A program made the translations under genes and the position numbers. The notes beneath the pieces were generated by a model. That model was not told where the DNA came from. It was given only the letters and a program-made list of their open reading frames with translations, and ran no database searches. From the NCBI GenBank assembly GCA_030537595.1, contig JAUNVR010000001.1:79526-143525 (forward strand): DNA of 64,000 bases, written 5' to 3'. Below are positions 19,003-26,596 of the stretch, in pieces. The first letter of the stretch is position 1. Each line of letters opens with the position of its first letter. This DNA comes from Eubacteriales bacterium. GTDB lineage: Bacteria; Bacillota; Clostridia; Saccharofermentanales; DTU023.

Positions 19003-19641
19003 CTAGGCTCTTTGCCTGAGACTTGCGAGGGCTTGCGGAAGTTCTGCACGAACCATGAGCATTGACTCGGAAAGCGGATTGCCCGCGGCGAGTCTTTCCC
19101 GAAATAGCCTGAGTGATAATTTATATTGGTCAAAGCAGTGTTTAGCTGCTTGGACATCATGGTAAACCTTCCAGTGGCCAACCAGAAGGGCGTTTTGACC
19201 TCCCTCACGGATGAATGCTTCGATATCCGCCAGCGGATAGCCTAAGAATACTCCGATTTCGTGGGGGAAGTGCTGTTTTAAGCAGAGCTTTTTGCCATTA
19301 GATAAGGGTTCTCGTAGCCTCTTGGCCAAGTGCTTTAAGGCTTGATTGACTCTAAAATCTGCGTACCCGTAGTCTTTAAGAAAGTCCTGAACCGCCCGAT
19401 CTTCTAGGCGTTCTGCTAAAAGTCTGTGGTTATATAGCAGGATGCCAAATCTATCGTGGCAGGTGCAGAGAACTTTAAAGCTCAGGTCGCTGTCGGCAAA
19501 AGACTCGTGCCAGGTCAAAAGAGCCTGTTTAACTTGGGGGCTTTGCCTCAAGCAGAAATAATTGGCAACTTTCAATCCGGCTAAGACGGCATGGCAGTGC
19601 TGCACTAGTAGTAAATCCACTCTATTAATCGGATTCTGCAA
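19003..19641 (-). CDS. DUF3793-like protein of unknown function
   Basis: 212 aa with a TTG start. The motif HFPHEIGVFLGYPLADIEAFI resembles the DUF3793 family as I recall it. Lies next to the flavodoxin gene. Confidence 0.55.
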   Translation of the reverse strand: MQNPINRVDLLLVQHCHAVLAGLKVANYFCLRQSPQVKQALLTWHESFADSDLSFKVLCTCHDRFGILLYNHRLLAERLEDRAVQDFLKDYGYADFRVNQALKHLAKRLREPLSNGKKLCLKQHFPHEIGVFLGYPLADIEAFIREGGQNALLVGHWKVYHDVQAAKHCFDQYKLSLRLFRERLAAGNPLSESMLMVRAELPQALASLRQRA

Positions 19642-19872
19642 GTAATAGACCCACCCTTTCCATCTTCGTTAGCCTAGGCTTACTATAGTTTCGCAGGGCT
19701 GAGCTGTCAAGGGCGCTAAAATTCTAGCCCAGTCGAGGGCTTTTTTTAAGCCGATACTTAAGGAATTTTAGAAGTAACAAATGTGCCATGGCCTGAAATA
19801 ATTATTGTGTATGTTAACCTAAAATACACAAGTCAATTTGTATGACTTAGTGAAAAAATAAGGAGAGTTCAC

Positions 19873-20478
19873 ATGAGTTACAAGTATACGAAGCTGGCTT
19901 ACCCCTATTCAGCCTTGGAGCCAGTAATTGATGCAAAAACAATGGAAGTCCATCACGATAAGCACTTTAAAGGCTATTGTGAAAAGTACAATAAGGCGGT
20001 AGCCGAGACTAAATTCGCTGAGCTCGATGTCGCCGAAGTGCTAAGCCGACTCGATGAAGTACCCTCAGATAAGCTGACAGCAATTCGTAATAACGGTGGC
20101 GGCACCTATAACCACCACCTCTTCTGGGACTGCATGCAGCCCGGTGGCGCGAAGGAGCCAAGTGGCGAGCTAGGCCAGCTGATTGAGGCCAAGTTTGGCA
20201 GCTTTTCCGACTTTAAAGAAAAGTTTGAAGCAGCTGGGGCTGGGCAATTCGGCAGTGGTTGGGTCTGGCTGGTAGTTAAGGATGGAGAGCTCGAGATTCT
20301 CTCGACTCCAAATCAGGATTGCCCCATTTCCAAAGGCTATACTCCACTCCTCGGTAACGATGTCTGGGAGCACGCCTATTATCTGAAGTACCAGAACCGA
20401 CGTGCCGACTACCTCAAAGAGTGGTGGAAGGTAGTTAACTGGGATGTTGTTGCTGAGCGCTTGCAGGCGGCAAAGTAG
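19873..20478 (+). CDS. sodA: Fe/Mn superoxide dismutase
   Basis: 201 aa. EVHHDKHF and DVWEHAYYLKYQNRR metal-ligand motifs. AAGGAG RBS. Confidence 0.95.
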   Translation: MSYKYTKLAYPYSALEPVIDAKTMEVHHDKHFKGYCEKYNKAVAETKFAELDVAEVLSRLDEVPSDKLTAIRNNGGGTYNHHLFWDCMQPGGAKEPSGELGQLIEAKFGSFSDFKEKFEAAGAGQFGSGWVWLVVKDGELEILSTPNQDCPISKGYTPLLGNDVWEHAYYLKYQNRRADYLKEWWKVVNWDVVAERLQAAK

Positions 20479-20545
20479 TATTTTCAAACTTAGCAAATTT
20501 CGCTAGTCTAAAAAGCTAGGCATTAAAGCCAGATTCTAGCTAGTA

Positions 20546-20580
20546 AAAAGGCCAAGTCATCAACTGACTCGGCCTTTATT
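20546..20580. terminator. Hairpin terminator between the convergent sodA and ABC exporter genes
   Basis: AGGCCAAGTCATCAACTGACTCGGCCT stem with one mismatch, followed by TTTATTATTT. Confidence 0.65.
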
Positions 20581-20599
20581 ATTTCCCTTAAATTAAACA

Positions 20600-22561
20600 C
20601 TAGCTCAACTTTGCCTTACCCATATTCAATTCGTAATACTTACCAGCCTTCGCCATTAGATCGTCGTGGCTACCACGCTCGATGATCTCCCCATTTTCCA
20701 GGAGCAAAATCGCCGCGGCGTGACGCACCGTCGAGAGCCTATGAGCAATCGCAAAGGAGGTCCGATCCTGCATTAATTGGTCCATACCCTGTTCAATAAA
20801 GCGCTCGGTTCTCGTATCGATCGAGGAAGTGGCTTCATCGAGGATCAGGACTTCGGGATCCTTGACTGCAGCTCTGGCAATTGAAATTAGCTGTCTTTGC
20901 CCCTGGGATAGATTTCCCCCGTCGGGGTCAATCTGATGCTCATAGCCATCGGGCAAGTCCATGATAAAGTCGTGAGCATTGGCATATTTAGCCGCTGCAA
21001 TCAGCTCCTCGTCAGAGGCCTCCAATTTACCGTAGCGAATATTATCGCGAATACTGCCGCTAAAAAGGTGAATATCCTGGAGCACCATGCCGAGGGCACG
21101 CCGGAGGTCTGCTTTTTGAATATCTCTGAGGTCAATGCCGTCAAAGCTAATACTGCCACTATTGATTTCATAAAAGCGGGTGAGCAAGTTGACGATGGTA
21201 GTCTTTCCGGCACCAGTCGAGCCGACAAAGGCGATTTTCTGGCTCGGCTTGGCGTAGAGGGAGATATTTTTCAAAACCTCCTGCCCCGGGCTGTAGCCGA
21301 AATTGACATCCTTAAAGCGAATATCACCACGGACTGGGAGGAGGTAAGCCCCAGCCTCAATTATCCCGCCCGCAGCCACCAATTGGCTCTCATCACAGGC
21401 CAGGCCGGAGGCTCTAAACTGCTTTCTCTCGAGCACAGTGCGGGGGATTTCCCAGTAGCTCTGCCCAGCTTTTTCCAGCATTTTAACCTCGCCCTGATCA
21501 ATTTCAAGCGGCTCATCAAGGATCGCAAAAATCCGCTCTGCACCGGCCATTGCGGCGACCAGGGAGTTGAACTGCTGCGCAATCTGGACGACCGGATTAG
21601 AAAAGTTTCGTGAGGCCTGGAGGAAGGCAACTAAGGTTCCGATATCCATGCCGAAGCTATGGCGAATCGTCATAATTGCGCCGATTAGGGAGATGATCGC
21701 AAATTGGACGTAGGCGAGGTTCATCATAATCGGCATCATAATTGTGCTAAAGGTCGTGGCCTTAGTTCCACTTTCCTTTAACTGCTCATTCTTATAGTCG
21801 AATTCTTTGACCGTCTGGGCCTCGTGGTTAAAGACCTTAATCACCTTTTGGCCGGAAATCATTTCCTCGACAAAGCCGTTCAAATCAGCGATAGCAGCCT
21901 GCCTTTTGCGGAAGTGCTCGGCCGATTTAGAAGAGATTTTTCGCACGGCTAAAAGCTGTAAGCCCAGAATCAAGATAACCAGGGCAGAGAGGATTGGACT
22001 CATAATCAGCATGGTGATAAAGAGCCCGACAAAGCTCACCGCATTTGCGACCAGGGTACCTAGGGTTTCTTCCAGGGCGCTGTTCAGGTTGTTTAAGTCG
22101 TTAGTGTAGGAGGACATCAGTTCGCCATGGCTGCGGCCGTCAAAGAAGACGAGCGGCAGCTTCTGGGTGTGGGCAAAGAGGTCCGAGCGAATTTTCCGGG
22201 TGACATTCTCAGCAATTGTCGCCAGTAATCTTTCACCAAAGTAAAAGACCAGGACAGCAGCTAAGTAGACTAGTCCGATCAGGATGATGTAGCGGATTAC
22301 CACCGGCATGCCTAGCCCCTCGACCGCAGAGTTGATGATTGGCTTTAAGAGCAGGTTGGTGCTAACTAAAAGTCCGGAGCGCAGGGCGACTAAAAACAGG
22401 GCAGTAAAAAAGAGCAGGCGGTATTCAGTGACATAGCTAAAAATTCTGCGCATAGTCGCTCGAAAATCTTTGACCTTAAAGCGCTTAAAACTCTCGCGGG
22501 CTTTTTCCCGGGCCTGTTTTTCTAAACGTCTTTGTTCTGCAGCATTGTATTTATTACTCAT
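20600..22561 (-). CDS. ABC exporter, fused permease/ATPase subunit (YheH-like long subunit)
   Basis: 653 aa. Six-TM exporter domain, Walker A GSTGAGKTT, signature LSQGQRQ and Walker B ILILDEATS. An insertion of about 55 aa sits between the TMD and the NBD. Confidence 0.88.
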   Translation of the reverse strand: MSNKYNAAEQRRLEKQAREKARESFKRFKVKDFRATMRRIFSYVTEYRLLFFTALFLVALRSGLLVSTNLLLKPIINSAVEGLGMPVVIRYIILIGLVYLAAVLVFYFGERLLATIAENVTRKIRSDLFAHTQKLPLVFFDGRSHGELMSSYTNDLNNLNSALEETLGTLVANAVSFVGLFITMLIMSPILSALVILILGLQLLAVRKISSKSAEHFRKRQAAIADLNGFVEEMISGQKVIKVFNHEAQTVKEFDYKNEQLKESGTKATTFSTIMMPIMMNLAYVQFAIISLIGAIMTIRHSFGMDIGTLVAFLQASRNFSNPVVQIAQQFNSLVAAMAGAERIFAILDEPLEIDQGEVKMLEKAGQSYWEIPRTVLERKQFRASGLACDESQLVAAGGIIEAGAYLLPVRGDIRFKDVNFGYSPGQEVLKNISLYAKPSQKIAFVGSTGAGKTTIVNLLTRFYEINSGSISFDGIDLRDIQKADLRRALGMVLQDIHLFSGSIRDNIRYGKLEASDEELIAAAKYANAHDFIMDLPDGYEHQIDPDGGNLSQGQRQLISIARAAVKDPEVLILDEATSSIDTRTERFIEQGMDQLMQDRTSFAIAHRLSTVRHAAAILLLENGEIIERGSHDDLMAKAGKYYELNMGKAKLS

Positions 22562-24286
22562 TTAAGCCACCACTCCTTTCGCCTGTGATTCAGCAATTTC
22601 CCGGTAGATTCGATTATTTGCCAGTAATTCCGCGGCAGTGCCGAGGCCGTTGATCTCACCCTTGTCGAGGACGAGGATGCGATCAGCCTGCTCGGCAGTT
22701 GCAATTCGCTGGGCAATAATCAGCTTAGTCATCTCGGGTAATTCTTTGGCCAAGGCGGCTTGGAGTCGACGATCCGTCTCAAAGTCGAGGGCCGATGAGG
22801 AGTCATCAAAGACGATAATCTTTGGCTTTTTCAAGAGTGATCTAGCAATGGTCAGACGCTGCTTTTGGCCGCCGGAGAAATTGGCGCCGCCCTGTTCGAC
22901 CAGAGCGTCCAGTCCGCCCGGCCTGGCTTTGACTAATTCCTCAGCCTGGGCAATCCGTAAGACTGTCCAGAGCTCCTCTTCACTGGCATCTGCCTTACCC
23001 CAGAGGAGGTTGTCGCGGATTGTGCCAGAGAAGAGGGTGTTCTTTTGCAGGACGATGGCAACCTGCTCGCGCAAGGCTTCTAAGGCATAGGCCTCGACCG
23101 GCGCCCCGCCGAGGTAGAGCTCGCCAGAACTGCGCTCATAAAGGCGGGGTAAGAGCTGGACTAGGGTGGACTTGCCAGAACCTGTACTACCGATAATCGC
23201 GAGGGTCTCACCGGACTCAATCCGGAAACTAATATCGTGTAGATTATCCTTTGCGCTGGCGGCATATTTGAAGCTTAGATTCTTAAATTCGATACTTCCG
23301 TCAGCGAGCTCTTTCAAGGGAGCGGGCTGCTCCAAGATTCCAGATTCGGTCTCGAGAATTTCCAGAATACGATCGCTCGAAGCCTTCGCTCGGGCGTAGT
23401 TAATCAGGAAGAGGAAAATCATTCCGACCGAGTTTAAAACCATGTTGATATACATTAAAAAGGAGAACAAGTCGCCAGGCAGGAGCCAGTTTTCGACAAT
23501 GCCCTTACTACCAAAATAGAGGACGGCGACAATCGAAGTTGAAACAATGGCAATCATCGCTGTTGGCAGCTTAATAATCTGCATCATGGCAGCCAGGGAA
23601 ATATCCCGTAAGCGGCCATTTTCCAGTTCGAACTTCTCAATTTCGAAGTCTTCCCGCACAAAGGATTTAACAATCCGAATCCCACTCAGATTCTCCTGCA
23701 CAGCAGCATTCAAGCGGTCTAGCTGGTTTTGCTGCTTGCGGAAGAGCTTCTGAGCCTTCCGCCCAATCACAATGATAAAGAAGGTCATCAGGGGAATCGC
23801 AAAGAAGAAGACCAGAGATAATTCGCGGTTAATTCTTAAGGCCATCAAAAAGGAAGTGATGAACATAAAAGGCGCCCTGACAGCCATGCGTAAAGTCAGC
23901 TGGGCCATTAAGGTCAGCCGGTCGACGTCTGAAGTCAGGCGTGTAATCAGGGAAGGCACGGAGAACTGGTCAATATTGCTAAAGTCATAAGTCTGAATAT
24001 GACTAAAGCAATGCTGCCTCAAATTAGCGCCGAAGCCCTGACTGGCGCGGGCTGCTGCATAGGCCGCCCCAGCTCCGCAAAGCATTGCAAAGAGTGCGGC
24101 CAAGGCCATGTAAATTCCGGTTTTAACTACTTGTTCTAAATTCTGGGCCATGATTCCGTCGTTAATCATTTGGCCGGTCAAAAGGGGTATATAGACTCTT
24201 AAAACCACTGCTAAAAGAACTAAAATAGGCGAAATAATCGCCCATTTACCGTACCCCTTAAAGTACTTCAAGATGTATTTTTTCAT
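22562..24286 (-). CDS. ABC exporter, fused permease/ATPase subunit (YheI-like short subunit)
   Basis: The likely start MKKYILKYF is at 24286 (the ORF track extends to 24325). Walker A GSTGSGKST, signature FSGGQKQR and Walker B IIVFDDSSS. Abuts the partner gene. Confidence 0.88.
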   Translation of the reverse strand: MKKYILKYFKGYGKWAIISPILVLLAVVLRVYIPLLTGQMINDGIMAQNLEQVVKTGIYMALAALFAMLCGAGAAYAAARASQGFGANLRQHCFSHIQTYDFSNIDQFSVPSLITRLTSDVDRLTLMAQLTLRMAVRAPFMFITSFLMALRINRELSLVFFFAIPLMTFFIIVIGRKAQKLFRKQQNQLDRLNAAVQENLSGIRIVKSFVREDFEIEKFELENGRLRDISLAAMMQIIKLPTAMIAIVSTSIVAVLYFGSKGIVENWLLPGDLFSFLMYINMVLNSVGMIFLFLINYARAKASSDRILEILETESGILEQPAPLKELADGSIEFKNLSFKYAASAKDNLHDISFRIESGETLAIIGSTGSGKSTLVQLLPRLYERSSGELYLGGAPVEAYALEALREQVAIVLQKNTLFSGTIRDNLLWGKADASEEELWTVLRIAQAEELVKARPGGLDALVEQGGANFSGGQKQRLTIARSLLKKPKIIVFDDSSSALDFETDRRLQAALAKELPEMTKLIIAQRIATAEQADRILVLDKGEINGLGTAAELLANNRIYREIAESQAKGVVA

Positions 24287-24374
24287 GCTCTCTCCACTTA
24301 CCCTGCAGCCAACGCATTGCTGCAAGAGTAAATTCTAATTCTCTTACTTTTATTTTTCTATCTTATACTAACAG

Positions 24375-25676
24375 TTATTTAATTTGCTGCAATTTGTTTT
24401 GGTAAATCTTTGAAAGCTCCGCCTTGACTCGCTCGAGATCAATTGTCTTGAACTCGCCTTTTTCGTAAAGAACTTCGCCGTCAACTAAGGTCATAATCAC
24501 GTCCGAAGCCTGGGCTGAGTAGGTGAGATGATTGAGCAGATTTTCCTGCGGGTAAAAATGTGGCTGATCAAGATCTAAAACTGTTAAATCCGCGGCGAAG
24601 CCGGGCTTAATTAAGCCGCAATTCTCCCGCCTTTGGGCAATTGCTCCATTGCGAGTGCTCATCTTTAAGATTTCACTCGGAGTTAAGAAGGTTGGATCTT
24701 TTTGCACCGCCTTTTGGAGGATTGCGGCCAGGTGCATCTCTTCAAAGAGATTTAAATTATTGTTCGAGGCAGGTCCGTCTGTGGCGATACAAATATTCAC
24801 TCCTGACTCGACCCACTTTCTGAGCGGGGCAAAGCCGGAAGCGAGCTTCAGATTAGAGCTGGGATTATGCATCAGGGTAATTTCATGCCCGGAAGCGACT
24901 AGCTCCCTAAGTAGGGCGTAGTCCTGATCCTCCAAGTAAACCGCATGGGCTGCAAGGAGGGGACAGTCGAGGACGCCCAGCTCGTAGAAGTAGCGGAGGG
25001 GCGTTTTGCCATGCCGCTCCTTACAGGCCTCGTGCTCCGCCAGACTTTCTGAAAGGTGGAGGTGAATCGCTAAGTCATGCTCTTTTGCGAAACTGACGAC
25101 CGATTCGACACCGGCTGGAGTAGAAGTGTATTCACCATGGATCCCAGCATCGATTTTTAAGCGGCCCGTGTGATCCTCTCGGACGGCCTTTAAGAGTTCC
25201 TCCACCTCCTTAAAATCGCGCATCTCCTGGTACTTATTGGGTCCCGCCAGGGGATTAACTAAGTTGGCCTTAAAGCCACTTTCCTGGACGGCCCGGATAA
25301 TCCCCGGCAAGCGGAAGTACATATCTGAAATGGCGCAGCAGCCGGAGGCCAAAAGCTCGGCGATTCCGAGTAGAGTCCCGTAATAGACATCTTCTACAGT
25401 GAGCAGTTCTTCAAAGGGGAAGATTTTCTGCTCAAGCCAATCGAGCAAGGCTAAATTCTCACCATAGCCTCGCATTAAGGTCATGGGCACGTGGGAGTGG
25501 GTGTTAAAAAAGGCTGGCAAGATGAGCTTTTGCCGCCCCTCAATGACCCGTTCAGCGGCCAAAGGTTCGAGCCTTGTGGGCGAAATCTCAGTAATCTTCG
25601 TCCCGCTAATGCGGATATCGTAGCCCTTTTTCAGGCCAAAGTTTTGATCAATAAAACTAATTTCCTTAAAGAGCAT
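24375..25676 (-). CDS. mtaD: Amidohydrolase of the 5-methylthioadenosine/S-adenosylhomocysteine deaminase type
   Basis: 433 aa. FFNTHSHVPMTLMRGYGENLALLDWL metal-binding HxH region and the downstream ATDG motif. Confidence 0.75.
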   Translation of the reverse strand: MLFKEISFIDQNFGLKKGYDIRISGTKITEISPTRLEPLAAERVIEGRQKLILPAFFNTHSHVPMTLMRGYGENLALLDWLEQKIFPFEELLTVEDVYYGTLLGIAELLASGCCAISDMYFRLPGIIRAVQESGFKANLVNPLAGPNKYQEMRDFKEVEELLKAVREDHTGRLKIDAGIHGEYTSTPAGVESVVSFAKEHDLAIHLHLSESLAEHEACKERHGKTPLRYFYELGVLDCPLLAAHAVYLEDQDYALLRELVASGHEITLMHNPSSNLKLASGFAPLRKWVESGVNICIATDGPASNNNLNLFEEMHLAAILQKAVQKDPTFLTPSEILKMSTRNGAIAQRRENCGLIKPGFAADLTVLDLDQPHFYPQENLLNHLTYSAQASDVIMTLVDGEVLYEKGEFKTIDLERVKAELSKIYQNKLQQIK

Positions 25677-25693
25677 AGCGATTTCCTTTCCGC

Positions 25694-26539
25694 TTATTCC
25701 ATCTTTTCTAGACAGCGTTCGACTAAATCCTGGAAGATTTTGCCGGATTTATTGCCGACCTCAATGACCTCATCATCGCTTAAAGCTTCGCTGCTGAGAC
25801 CTGCCGCCTTATTCGTGATTAAGGAGATGCCTAGCACCTCCATTCCACAATGGGCTGCCACGATGGTCTCAGTAACTGTTGACATTCCGACCGCATCTCC
25901 GCCAAGTAGGGAGATGGCCCGAATCTCAGCCGGGGTCTCATACTGCGGCCCGGCCATGAAGAAGTAGACACCTTCTTGTAAGGAGAATTCTAAGTCTTTA
26001 GCAGCTTCACGAGCCAGTTCTAAAAGCTTCGGAGTATAGAGGAAGGAGACGTCAGGGAAGCGAGTCCCAAATTCTTCTAGGTTGGGGCCAGCTAAGGGCG
26101 AAGCGCCGCTGAGCTTAATCTGGTCAGTGATCAGCATTAGATCCCCGGGCTCGAAGTCTGGATTGACGCCACCGGCGGCATTTGAAACGATTAGGGTCTT
26201 TGCCCCGAGTAGTTTAAGAATTCTCACCGGCTGGGCCAATTCAGGAAAATTGTAGCCCTCGTAAGAGTGAAAGCGTCCGGAGAGCAAGGCGACATTTTTA
26301 CCACCGAGGCGGCCAAAGACGAATTCCCCCTTGTGCGCGGGGTTAGTTGTGCTCAGCATCTGTGGAACCTCGCGGTAGGGAATAGTGATGGCCTCACTCA
26401 CACGCTCGCAGAGACCACCTAGGGCGGAGCCTAGGATAATTCCCACCTCGACCTCGAAATCGATCTTTGAGCGGAGGTAATCTGCGGCACTTTGGTAAGC
26501 TTGAAAATCATAGGGGTTGAACTTTGCTGTCATGGTCAT
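25694..26539 (-). CDS. Purine nucleoside phosphorylase, trimeric PNP/MTAP family
   Basis: 281 aa. GRFHSYEGY, SNAAGG and GMSTVTE motifs of family-2 PNP. Confidence 0.85.
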   Translation of the reverse strand: MTMTAKFNPYDFQAYQSAADYLRSKIDFEVEVGIILGSALGGLCERVSEAITIPYREVPQMLSTTNPAHKGEFVFGRLGGKNVALLSGRFHSYEGYNFPELAQPVRILKLLGAKTLIVSNAAGGVNPDFEPGDLMLITDQIKLSGASPLAGPNLEEFGTRFPDVSFLYTPKLLELAREAAKDLEFSLQEGVYFFMAGPQYETPAEIRAISLLGGDAVGMSTVTETIVAAHCGMEVLGISLITNKAAGLSSEALSDDEVIEVGNKSGKIFQDLVERCLEKME

Positions 26540-26596
26540 AACTCCTTTACAGCTGGCTTTGGCCGGGAACTTAGGAAAAGTCCTGAAGGCGCAAAG

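Noticed and set aside
21330-21500. 55-aa insertion before the NBD of the 653-aa ABC subunit, considered as a possible novelty
   Set aside because: The 653/587-aa size asymmetry matches the known YheH/YheI-type heterodimeric exporters of Firmicutes, where the long subunit is similarly extended. It is probably a family trait.
20936-21613. 225-aa plus-strand ORF inside the ABC exporter gene
   Set aside because: It is antisense to a gene with clear Walker A, signature and Walker B motifs, and it has no motif or RBS of its own.
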